Below are positions 52,197 through 64,000 of a stretch of 64,000 nt of DNA, in pieces (position 1 is the first letter of the stretch; every line of letters begins with the position of its first letter). The translations under genes were made by a program, and so were the position numbers. This stretch comes from Haliotis rubra (taxonomy: Eukaryota). The notes beneath the pieces were generated by a model. That model made no database searches. It was not told where the DNA came from and worked only from the letters and a program-made list of their open reading frames with translations. The stretch lies in contig NW_025767126.1 of NCBI RefSeq assembly GCF_003918875.1, forward strand, positions 186,001 to 250,000, written 5' to 3'.

Positions 52197-54149
52197 TGTT
52201 GCCCCGGAAGTAATTCCGGCTGTCGACTCGCTATGTAAAAAGTATAACTTGGGTGCGGAAGAAGACATTTCAAGGGATCACATAAATACGCAAAAGGCAT
52301 GTCACATATATGAGGATTAGATTAGGCAAAATGATTGATAAATATTTTAATTTATCAGTTCTGATACCGAGCTTTTCTCATGTGGTAAAGTTATAAAATG
52401 TAAAAAGAAAATATATCATTCAGAATGATCAAGATGTCTATACCTTATTATTAGGGGTGGGTATTGCAGAGGGGTAATTTTCATATAGCGATATATTGCA
52501 ATGCGAAAGCATGTATTGCGATATGTATTACAATATATTGCATGAAGTATTTTTAAGCAAAAACTACTTATAATCGAGGTAATGCTTGATTTATAGAGCC
52601 AAATACACAGCAAAATCACTATGCTTGATTAAGCTTAAATAACAACTTTTATTCATGATTAAAAATAAAAATGTGAATAATATTTGGGCAACAAATGAAG
52701 ATGGAAATATCCGAAGATTCCCGAGTGTTACGAAGTTTTCCGAGTGCAAGTCAAAATACCGGTTTTCGATCAGCGTATCGCAATACGTATCGTTTTCATA
52801 TCTGAACCGGTAAATACCGGTAAACCGGTTATATTGCGCAGCCCTACGTATTATACTGAATTCGTCGGAGCTGATAGCAATAAATTGGGGTAATAATTTC
52901 CGATAAATGTTTATATTTTCATGACTGCTGTTATATTTCATACACATTTCATCTTGAATGTATTTCTTAAACAAACGTCACAACATAAAAAAATAAGTGG
53001 TAATGCATGTAGGACGCTTTATTCAAATGTCAGCCATTTTCGATTGTACATAGTATTAGATTTGATATGGAAACATGACAAACTGAATAAGCGCGCATAT
53101 TTTTAACTGGAAGTAAGCAGGCTTGCGTTCCCTTGTCAGATCAGGATCCGACAACTGTGTTCCAAACACCAAGGGTCTTGACAAACAGTTTACTCTGTGG
53201 AAGAGGGGTGCTGGCTTGGGACCAACTCCATATAGTCCATCTTCAATGACATTGGTATATCCTTTGAGTTCGACAAATGCAACATTCTCCTTTCATATTC
53301 TTTGGGAGTTGTTGATTGGACAAAACAAGAAATTCAGAGTACTGACACCCTTAGGCGAAGAATGGTTTCACCACCTTCGCCCTTCCCCAATCGTAAATTT
53401 ATAAGTTTCAACGAGAGGGCGTGGTTTGATTAACATTTAGGCTCTTCATGACAGAAATTCAACTGGGTAGAAAATATATCGTGGAACGTTTGATTATTTT
53501 GCTATGAATGTTGGACCTAATATGAAATACATCATCACAAAGCCCATCGAGTCGCTAGGCCTTCACATGACAATGTAAAAATCGTAGCATTTGAGAAGAA
53601 TGCGTCGGATCTTGTCGGAAATGTTCACCTATCACTCGAATAAATAAAGTCGATTAAATAAGGGTTCAAATTTACTCAATGTGGCAATAATCATGTTTCG
53701 TAATGATTACAGAGTCTAAAGGAAACCAAATGTGCATCATTGACATGTGTATAAATCATATTTCGTTCCTCATTTCGACACCTTTTTTGTATAAACCGTC
53801 ATAATTTACGCTAGGAAAAGCGTCTGCTAGGGTTAGCGCATCGTTTACCTTCCCAACATTTTATGGCCTTTGAATGCCCAGGTTCAGACAGGCAAAGATC
53901 ATCGTTGTCTTGTCACTTGTTCAGTATCTATCACATGGTACTTTGCAATATCCAGATGCCAATCAATCAAATTAATGAAATGAAATATTAAATATGTGAC
54001 AGATTTCAAGGTCAAGGCCACATTTCCCGGAAGTGCATGTGCTCCTACCAAAACAAGACCGCAACAGTTTGTCTACCATTTGTCACCGTCACGAGCTTCA
54101 GTGATGATCTAAGCGTTCAGTTTATAATGTTTTTGAAAGATTAGAAGCA
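52197..54149. promoter_or_regulatory. Divergent promoter region MRPL49/ZFYVE19
   Basis: ATGs point away from each other ~1.95 kb apart; ETS/GABP-like CCGGAAGT at ~52204 and ~54027. Confidence 0.5.
52452..52845. mobile_element. hAT-like MITE
   Basis: TAGGG..CCCTA termini with CGATAT/ATACCG subterminal motifs. Confidence 0.5.
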
Positions 54150-57100
54150 ATGGCGTCTGGACAATGCTATGGATGTGGCACAACCTTTGGAATTTTCCGA
54201 AAAGAGGTTTGTGTTAGAATCTGGCAGCTGTCTGGAATCTTCCATTCCATTGGCTATTTGGTGTGATTCTGTGATCAGTGTTTGGACGCAATGGGCTTTT
54301 CTGGAATGATTGTGTGAAGTCACTTCGGGGCGTGACCGTTTCAAAGTATTTTTACATTCACAATTTAAAGATAATAGGTTAATATTCACTTGTGACAACA
54401 CAAATATTTGTAGAATTACGCTGGATATAAGCGGACACGGAACATCATTTGGGCAAAAAATGGATCTTGTTACATATCGGTTGCATTCTGCGTAGAATGA
54501 AAACAACACATCATATCATCAAAACCTTTAATGCGAAACATTTTAATAAGAGTGCTGTGAAAGAAAATATAAGACATCTCGAGATGTTATCATTTTTTTA
54601 AAAATCCAGTTGGTCAATGTTCTTTTATCATATTTATCAGTTAGTGTTCCTCACTCTGATTATTTCTTTTGATGCATGAAAATTATGAAATATATTTAGG
54701 AAGCATTTTATAATACCAATGTGTTATAGGTTTTCAGAAGCTTATGAAACATCTGTAATTTTCTTGCCAATAAGGGGCTGTGGGGTAGTCTAGTGGTTAA
54801 AGCGCTGGCTCGCCACGCCGAAACCCGGTTCGAATCCCCACATTGGTACAATGAGTGAAGCCCATTTCTGGTGTCCCCGCCATGATATTGCTGGAATATT
54901 GCCAAAAGCGGCGTAAAACCAAACTCAGTCAGTCAGTCAATCTTGTCAATTACATGATCAAGCGTAAAATATCTCACTTAAAAAAGAACAGCATATCTTG
55001 ACATGACAAAAATATTGAAGAAAGACTTCTACATTTCTTGGGTAAACTGTTGGGAATCCCAATCATGATGAAACACAGACCAGTTGTTTATTATTATTCA
55101 GATTCTATATGCATGTACTCAGGGTGTTTCCAGGTGAGGCAGTAGACCAAGGTGCAGATATTCAAGTGCTGTGTATCTTGGCCATGCCAGAAACTTATCA
55201 TTGAGAGCTTGAATGCCTGTTCAACCAGTTACCTTCTTAGTTTTGTGCTCGTGGGTTTTATCAAAGATGTAAACGTGTGAACCCTGCATCATTTTCCTTT
55301 CGTCCATCATTAAGCTAACACACGGTGATATGACAGGAATACTGTTAAAGGCAGCATTAAACCCATCCTCAATAATCTCCAGGGTATACTTTCCGATAAA
55401 TCTCCACTATACCCTGGATGCATCTACGGCTCGAGCCGATTTTATTACCTCCCTTGGTTGGCTCTTTATCCAATCAGGTGTCACGCTGGGAAGTTGAGCG
55501 TACCAATCACAACTCACTTTCACTTTTAAATTATCTTACCGATTAAACTTGGCAACACAATAATATATTGTTGCAGAGGTACTCTGAAAGAGGTAGAAGG
55601 ACTTCTTGCATATATTTTTTAAGGTGTCAGACCTGTCAATTTGTATGTTTTTCCCCAAAATGCGACCGCTATCTTTGTTGACATTGGCAAGCTCGGTTGT
55701 AACGGGCGGCTTATCTGATTGGCTACTGTGAGAATGCAGTGCCAGGAAAAGGAGGTAATAAAATCATAGACTGGAACCGTAGATGCATCCAGGGAATAGT
55801 GAAGATTTATCGGAACGTATACCCTGGAGATTATCGAGGATGCATTAAACACAACTCACTCATACTCTCAGAGCATACTCGAAGCATACATACAAACAGA
55901 CAGTGTGTCTGACTGCATGACCATGACAGAATATGTATGCTTCAAAATGTTTCATTCTTGTGAAGAAAATGAAGAAATCCCAACTGAGACTATCTGTTCA
56001 ATGCTAACAGTAACAGTTAGTAACTTTCAATAGCAGCTTATTAGTCAGTGTGCTGGATTTCAGTGTGTTTCATCTTACTGTAGAGGAAAAGCCCGACGTG
56101 AAGTACGGTTCAGTGTTTAATACTTTGCTTTAGCTCATAAGCACAGTTTGGTGCTGACAAGCGTAGAAACTTAATCGTGGACAACTGTCATTCAGATCCA
56201 CAATCATAGATTTCAGGCATCCTAAGGGAAGCAACTCTGCACATAGAATTGTAACACCTCTGACGACTGTTGAAGAAGAGCCTATGAAGATGCTTCAGCA
56301 TCTGTCATGCCTATTTAACACATTTTTATGACTTTTATTATTATTCAACCTAAAGTTGAAGTATCCAACAGGGCTCCAGATAAGGGCCGTATCGGCGTTT
56401 GTACGGATATAAAATATGCAAAATACGGTAGGAAATAATTTAGAAAACAAAGCAGATACGCACCACAGCAATGGTGTACGGTCTTAGAATCATTTACAGA
56501 CATATTTATCTGAAAAAGTACTGTTTTATTGTTTACTGACCTGTTTACACAAGAGTAGCAATATTGTGGTGCATATATGAAACAAACACAAGATTACTGA
56601 TACACCATTAAATTCCATTCAGTACTCTAAATGTACTCTTAAGTTTTTCCAGAACTCCTATATTGAAAAAATAAGGAGTACTCCTGATGTTGAAAAATTA
56701 TCTGGAGCCCTGAGTCAGTAACTATATCATGTTACCATAGTTACAGTCTGATGTAATAGAATCATCTGCAATAGTTTTAGTTTTATTGATTGGACATAAG
56801 AAACATTTATGTTCATATTGTTGTCAACATCGTCTTCAATCATACGATGTTTTATTGCAGCATGGCTGTAAAAACTGTGGATTTGCCTTCTGTAGCAGAT
56901 GTTTACCGAAATCGATTGAGGTACCAAAGCTGAACAATGTCAAGCATCATGTGTGTAACAGGTGTCATGAGATTCTGACAGGGTAAGATAACAATTCTTT
57001 GGAAATGCTTGAATGCAGTTCTGCACAAAAAGAACTAACTAAATGTAGTCACAAGTCTAGGGGAGATAACTCTCATTTGTTTTAATGCTTTTCAAGTGTG

Positions 57101-60100
57101 CTGTTTTTGTAATCGTCCATTATCATGCACGACTGATTTGAAGCTGTATATATACCACTGATATGTTGTATTGCTGAGCTGAGGGCCTCTTTGACAAAAA
57201 GGGTTATTACGTTAATAAAGTTATCATATAGCGAAGTGCTGTATGTTTTATTAAATGGGGATATTTGATATGAAACTTTTGCAGTAGTTTAAACTAGTTA
57301 TTGCATCTTCAGGAATAGTTGAAAACATAATGCATAAAAAACAGTGATAAAAGTAAAAGAACCAGTTATCTTCCTATAAGTAGTATATATTTATACTGTG
57401 AGTAACCACCTATGCTTGGAAATATCAAAATCTTACAAAGTTTAGGACTCACACTCTACCGGGACCTACTGTCTATCAAGGAAATGGAAGTTGATGACGG
57501 TCAACTTCCGGTGGAGCATAGACAGGGCTTACACCCTGTGAAGTCCAGTGATTCATATTCAATCCAGGCAGGATAATCATGATAATAGTGAACTTTCTTT
57601 TTTATTGAATTTGACAGTAAAGTGGTGACAGGTTATTGTTGTGATACTGTCAGTGGTGTCAAAACAGGCCCAGAAATATACTGAATACAACAAATAATGC
57701 ATCAACTGCTTACTTGTTATCCAGGGTTCGTTTACCAAATATTTGTGATGTGTATCACATTTGCTGTATAGAAGTTTCGTTGAAGCTCTGATCTGCATGT
57801 GTATGTTATTTCAGTACTACCACCCCCCAGACAGGAGATCCCAGCAACAACAGGTCGATGAGCTGCTGAATGAGATCGCTGATGAGGTGACCATCGATGA
57901 TAAGTGCAACCCTGCCAAGGACGTGGAAGAGAGGCTGGTGAGGTTCAAGAATGATCCACCAAGGAAGGGAGGAGGTGAGAGTTTAGTGTCCCCCAGTGTT
58001 TCCCAATACTTTCATTTGCTAGTTGGACATCAGGGCCTACTGCTGCCTACAGGCTTTAAAATCGACAGGCCCTGAATGAAATCTGCAGGCCTATTTTGTT
58101 AAAGTCAAACCAATACACACAGTTTCACCCTGTTTCTATAAAATCAATTAGCGAAGCCAATGGCACAGTTTTTATTTGTTAAAGACTGGTATTGACATTC
58201 CTACGTGCAAAGACGTGAAATACCAGGAAGTGAAACTGCAAGTATTGTAACATGATGGATCATGGATTCCTGAACGCTGATAAAGAAAAAAACATGGGAA
58301 AGATTGCAGTTGAAGAAAAAGACAGATAATATACTGAAGGCCACAAGGGCCTGCTAATATTTGGAACTGCCGGCCCGATACAATAACAACCGGCGCTGGC
58401 CCTCTGGTCCGGCGATTATTTCAAACGCTGGTGTCCCCGTGTTGGTAGTTTAGAGAACCTGCAGAACCTGTACTTGTCATAAGAGCCAATAGTGAGTGAG
58501 TGAATTTAGTTTTACACCACTTTTAGCAATATTCCAGCGATATCACAGCAGGGGACACCAGAAATGGGTTTCACACATTGTACCCATGTGTGGAATCAAA
58601 CCCGGGTCTTCGGTGTGATGAGCGAATGCTTTAACCACTAGGCTACCCCACCGTCCCGTAAGAGCCAAGAAAGGGTATTGGATGGTAAGGCTGGCTGCTT
58701 TGGTTGATGTGCTTCATCATGTCCCGATTGTATTGACAGATGCTTGGTATGTCAATCATTGGATTCTCTGGTCCACACTGACTAAATACAGGCTGCCATT
58801 ATCTTGCAGGAATATTGCTGAATGCAGCATTAACAAATACAAAATGAACAAAAATTCATCTAATACGGTTTTAGGTTCAGTTGAAAGTCTGTGATACTGT
58901 AAACCGGAAATATTCTGCGCCTAGAAAATTTTGCGTCAGTGTACCCCCAGCCTGTTCTGCGATGTATTATTTTGGGGAGAGTAGTAGGCTTTTCAAAAAC
59001 AACATTGTTAACTAAAACTACATTGCTTCTTACATCAAAGGGATACAGGCTTCAGGGATACAGGGGCGATCCACAAAGCGTTTGTAACGTTACGACCTGT
59101 CGTAACTCTATAGTTTATCATAGGCTTACGAATGTCGTCAACGTTTTGTTGATCGGGACCCAGGATGACAGTTTTCTTATTACCCCTTTGATCTCAGCAG
59201 TATCAACTCAGTGTCAGTGGGCATGTAACTATAAACAGCAGAATGGTCAGTCTCTCACAAGAACAAAATGTGGAGGTTTGTAACTGTACAGAAGCGTGGG
59301 GACATAGGCCTACCAGATCCTTCGAAGGCCTCGACACCCGAGAAGGCTAAGAGGATGGCTGCTGTTAACCAGACCATTGAACAAACTTTAAATAGCGGTA
59401 GCCATGACACAACCATTACTAAACGTGGTGTCAAGCGAAAACGAGAAAATAACAATTTCTCTCCAGCCACAAGAGCCAAGATCGCCAAGTATGCGATTGA
59501 CAATGGCAATACCAGGGCCGCCAGGCACTTCAGTTCTGTTCTTAAAACAAACATTGGCGAAAGCTCCGTCAGATTCATGAAGAAGGCCTACCTTGCTAAG
59601 AGGAAAGAAGACAAGACTGCTGATATAGATGAACTAGTACCCAAACAATGCAGCCATACCCTCATGTTGGGAGAATTAGACAAAGTTGTGAAAGAACATG
59701 TGACTGCCATTCGTGACAATGGGGGGATTGTCAATTACAATATTGTTTTGGCTACTGCTAAGGGTATAGTTTCTTTTGAAAATAGGTCACGTCTTGCTGA
59801 AAATGCAGGGCCCATTTCTTTATCTAAAACATGGGCGGTAATTTGTAGTGATTTGTATGATTTACTGACACATGCATGTACAGAAGTAGATTAATGCTGT
59901 CATCCATTGTTGTTATTTAATACTTGATCAACTCAGCTTTGGTCATTGAACTCATAATTTCACTGAGAATTGGCTTGTTACAGCCATGAAGTTACAAATC
60001 AACTCCAGGGGTGGAAATAACCCATTGCCCGACGTACCAGTCCAGTGGGTCTTTCTGTCGGTAAATTTGTATATCACGCTGTGCCGATGTCCAGTTGACT

Positions 60101-61670
60101 TCCCAATCTTAATTATGTTCCTTTTGTTTAAAATCAACAAGAAAATCGTCTGGTATAGTGGAAAAATTACCAGGGCATGTGATTTTAGATGTGACACTGT
60201 ACCCGAGTACACTAGCAATTTTAAAGTTATTTCCACCCCTGAACTCTTTCACATGTTAGACACTTGAGTTTTTGTAAGGTAGCTATTCATAAGGCCTCAA
60301 TGCAGTGGGTAGCCTAGTGGTTAAAACATTTGTCACCCCAAAGACATTTATTCAATTCCCCACATGGGTAAAATGTGTGAAAACTATCTCTGGTGTCCCT
60401 TGCTGTGATATCGTTGGAATATTGCTGAAATTGTGTATAACCTTACTCTCTCATAAGGCTACTACCCCCATGCTGTTTTGAGTGGCTTCCCCTACACTGT
60501 AACAATACAGACTGTGTCTCAGGCTTCTCAGCAGCTCTGTATGTATTTGTATTTTCTGTTTGAAATATGTTTCTTTTCCTTTTGTATAATGCCTGTGTCA
60601 TCCAACAATATTCGTTCAACAGACAGGAAGTCGTCTGCCAGCAACAACCTGAACTCGGATACTTCTGGCCCCCACAAGCCGTACACAAAGAACATCCGAA
60701 CTGCCACTGGTGGACGATCAAGTCGGGAGCTCAATCTGGATGATGTCAACAATATGATCTCTGCCATGGCAAAGGAGATGGAGTTAGATGCTCAGAAAGC
60801 TGTGGACGATCTGCAGAAGGACAAGGAGATCATGGAGAGACTGAACGAACTGAAGAAAAAGAGAAATACGAAAGGTACGTTGTGGTTGGTTACTTTACTG
60901 GTTACTTTAGTGACATTTTTGTTATCCTTTTCATCAGTTTGTGAACAGATATACTATAATGACCTTGACATTGGTTTAACCCCTAAGGTATACTCAGGTT
61001 AGAATATGTCACCTGCACCTTATGCTTGTGGTAAGCAGTGACTAGATTTTATCAGGTAATAATAATTGGGTATGTTTTTTAGTGTAAAACAATTGTCAGA
61101 GAATAGGATAAATGAAATTTTCATCATAAAAACTGTAAAAATCTACAGTTTAGATTTAATGATTATGGGATAATGTCGTTAAAATTACACTGGAGTGGTG
61201 GGGTAGCATAGTGGTTAAGGCGTGGACTCGTCACACCGAAGACCTGGGTTCGATTCCCTACTTGGGTACAATGTTTGAAGCCCATTTCTGGTGTCCTCTG
61301 CTGTGATATTGCTGGAATATTGCTAATAGCAGCATAAAACTAAACTTACTCTCTCACACACGAAAATTATACTGACTACTGATGTGTGACAATTCCCCAT
61401 CAGGACCCTCAGTAAGGCTGTGCTGACTGTCAGACATTGGCTCCCAATGGCATGGATAGTTTCTAATGCTTTTAAAACATCAGTTTTCCTTGGCCAGACT
61501 AACTTGTTTACTCAGGAATACAGCATGATATTAAATATACAGTGTTAAATTATATACACTAATAACCCACTCACGACCTTCATTGTGCAGGTGAGAACTC
61601 GGAGGAGGACAACGAGCAGTATGATGACAGTGATGACGAAGAGTTTGTAGCCAAGAAGATCATCAAACAG
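54150..61670 (+). CDS. ZFYVE19: Abscission/NoCut checkpoint regulator (FYVE-type zinc finger protein 19), partial; continues beyond window
   Basis: Exons 54150-54206 (MASGQCYGCGTTFGIFRKE), 56861-56982 (HGCKNCGFAFCSRCL..VCNRCHEILTG), 57815-57974 (YHPPDRRSQQQQVDELLNEIADEVTID), 60623-60874, 61591-61670 (DDSDDEEFVAKKIIKQ). Matches the recalled ZFYVE19 N-terminus (CYGC..KE.GCKNCG.AFCS.CL) and the downstream PD.R..QQ..DLL...A.EV.ID segment. Confidence 0.82.
55364..55842. mobile_element. Long-TIR foldback MITE (MULE-like) inserted in a SINE tail
   Basis: ~100-bp TIRs (CATCCTC..CTCCAGGGTATAC..GGATGCATCTACGG); 9-bp TSD cattaaac(c/a). Confidence 0.8.
56369..56712. mobile_element. MITE (hAT-like)
   Basis: TIR CAGGGCTCCAGATAA / TTATCTGGAGCCCTG; no clear TSD. 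Confidence 0.7.
57994..58430. mobile_element. hAT-type MITE
   Basis: CAGTGTTT..AAACGCTG termini, perfect 8-bp TSD gtgtcccc. Confidence 0.75.
58896..59894 (+). mobile_element. Truncated pogo/Tigger-like transposon (N-terminal HTH ORF 59268-59894)
   Basis: TA-CTGTAAACCGGAAATATT terminus; FSPATRAKIAKYAIDNGNTRAARHF and CENP-B-type LD..V...V..IRDNGGIV..SKTWA; DDE domain absent. Confidence 0.7.
60006..60241. mobile_element. MITE (hAT-like TIR)
   Basis: Perfect TIR CAGGGGTGGAAATAAC / GTTATTTCCACCCCTG. Confidence 0.75.
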
Positions 61671-61966
61671 GTAGGCACTTATCTCCAGGTTCATCATCAA
61701 ACAGGTAGGCACTTATCTCCAGGTTCATCATCAAACAGATAGGCACTTATCTCCAGGTTCATCATCAAACAGGTAGGCACTTATCTCCAGGTTCATCATC
61801 AAACAGGTAGGCACTAATCTCCAGGTTCATCATCAAACAGGTAGGCACTTATCTCCAGGTTCATCATCAAACAGGTAGGCACTTATCCCCAGGTTCATCA
61901 TCAAACAGGTAGGCACTTATCTCCAGGTTCATCATCAAACAGGTAGGCTCTTATCTCCAGGTTCAT
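61658..61966. repeat. 34-bp minisatellite amplified from a ZFYVE19 exon end and donor
   Basis: Unit CATCAAACAG|GTAGGCACTTATCTCCAGGTTCAT, ~9 copies. Confidence 0.95.
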
Positions 61967-62331
61967 GTATACTCTTGTTAAGTTGACTCGGAGATATCTT
62001 TTTGAATATGATTTACTCCAAATCTAGAAAACTGGAACAAAAAGAGTTTTACCCATTCAATCTTAATGAAAAGTCAATGATGAGATCACCCCATCAAGCT
62101 CATGTCACTTTCTTCAGAGAACTAAATGTGCTATGTCTTATTTTTTGTCTTGCCACATACCAGTCATCCTTGAACCATGTGAGTGAGTGAGTTTAGTTTT
62201 ACGCCACACTCAGTAATATTCAAGCTATATGGCGGCCGTCTGTAAATAATCGAGTCTGGACCTGACAATCCAGTGATCAACAGCATGAGCATCGCCTTGA
62301 ACCAAAAACAGGGTCGGTGGAGTTGAAGTGG

Positions 62332-64000
62332 TTAAGGTGTTCACTGATCACACTGAGGATCCAGCTTCTATTCCCAGATGGGTTTGAAGCCTATTTCTGG
62401 TGTCTTGAGATAACTCATTTTTCTTTATAGGAATAGGCTGATTGGGGTAGCCTAGTGGTTAAAGTGTCCCCTCGTCACACCAAAGACCCGGGTTCGATTC
62501 CCCACATGGGTACAATGTATGAAGCCCATTTCTGGTGTCCCACACCTTGATATTGCTGGAATATTGCTAAAAGTGGCGTAAAACCAAACTCACTCACTCA
62601 CTCTTGATGGAATATTGCTAAAAGCGGCGTAAAACCAAACTCATCCACTCACTTTTGATAGAATATTGCTAAAAGCGGCGTAAAACCAAACTCATCCACT
62701 CATTTTTGATAGAATATTGCTAAAAGTGGCGTAAAACCAAACTCACTCACTCACTCTTGATGGAATATTGCTAAAAGCGTCGTAAAACCAAACTCATCCA
62801 CTCACTTTTGATAGAATATTACGAAAAGCGACATAAAACCATACTCACACACTGAACCAAGAATAAATTATCATTGGGACAAAAAAATAAGGGTACTTTA
62901 ACTGAGTTTGTGTTTTGGTTGTTTTTGTTTTGTTTTTAACGTGAGACAGTTCATATGGACATTTTAATCAGTATTTAGACTGGATACAACCGGCTTGCTA
63001 CATGTGAAGAACGAGAATGCCGCACATTCACCCATGGCAAGCAAGATCGTTTTAGGTTTCATGAAAAAAGATACTGTTGGAAAGGCGACCGATCGACTCA
63101 GGTTGAATATGTTATACAATTTGGTTACGCGTTGGTAACACCTTTAGTACAATGTATACGTGTTTTCAAACTGCAAATGCGTCATTACAGTGTAGAACTG
63201 ACCACATAGCCAGCTGACGGGCAAGCAACAGGTGGATTAAAACAGTAGCCTGCGCGATCGAGACACAAGAACCACACCTATACCTGCACCGTGAAATAGT
63301 CTAATAAGGTCTAACGACGCCATTCGTTTATCGCTTGGGCACCAATGACGTCATTTCTAAGGGACATAAGCCATGGTGTGTTTATTGTGGACATAAAACT
63401 CGGTAAATGTTGAAAATATGAATTGAAATAACATAAAATAATAAATTAGTTACTTCTGATATATGTGGACGGGTTTGGATATAAAACTACTTGATAAACA
63501 TTTTTCATGATGAAAAAGTGCAAGACAAAAGGTTTATTTTAGCGTGTACACTTGCCCTTTAAGGTGTTCACTGATCACACTGAAGATCCATCTTCTATTC
63601 CCAGATGGGTTTGAAGCCTATTTCTGGTGTCTTGATGGAATAGGGGCGGTGGGGTAGCCTAGTGGTTAAAGCGTCCCCTCGTCACACCAAAGACCCGGGT
63701 TCGATTCCCCACATGGGTACAATGTATGAAGCCCATTTCTGGTGTCCCCGCGCCTGGATATTGCTGGAATATTGCTAATAGCTATGTGGAAAAGACCAAA
63801 CTCACTCACTCACTCTTGATGGAATATTGCTAAAAGCGGCGTAAAACCAAACTCACTCACTCACTCACTCTTGATGGAATATTCTGGCGTAAAACCATAC
63901 TCACTCACTAAACCAAGAATAAATTAGCATTGGAACAAAAAAATAAGAGTACTTTAACTGAGTTTGTGTTTTGGTTGTTTTGTTTTGTTTTTATCGTGAA
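62332..64000. repeat. Local direct duplication (~1.2 kb offset) containing SINEs with tandemly repeated tails
   Basis: 62332-62945 is repeated from 63559 to the window end. Confidence 0.75.

Noticed and set aside
53020-53404. Possible coding fragment between MRPL49 and ZFYVE19
   Set aside because: Stop-poor stretch with no recognisable motif or supported splice structure.

Overview
Eukaryotic, intron-rich and repeat-dense DNA, most likely from a mollusc (gastropod/abalone-like; inferred from a mussel/abalone-type GH5_10 mannanase and the SINE families). The main result is a head-to-head inverted pair of intact genes (A: 10097-22423, minus; B: 26366-44684, plus). Their splice phases join a signal peptide, a non-canonical C-type lectin domain, an N/T/P-rich linker and a GH5 subfamily-10 endo-beta-1,4-mannanase domain into one ORF of ~545 aa, i.e. 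a lectin-tethered mannanase. Several minisatellites have grown directly out of splice sites: the acceptor of the first GH5 exon in both paralogs, the donor of gene B's signal-peptide exon and a ZFYVE19 donor. The left end holds a truncated ISL2EU-type PIF/Harbinger element (DDE transposase exon antisense inside an intron of a SWIM-YqaJ nuclease gene), a decayed LINE and a Tc1 remnant. The right end holds divergent MRPL49 (apparent 1-nt frameshift) and ZFYVE19/ANCHR (apparently missing exons, runs out of the window), plus many SINEs and MITEs. All family assignments come from recalled motifs, not database searches.
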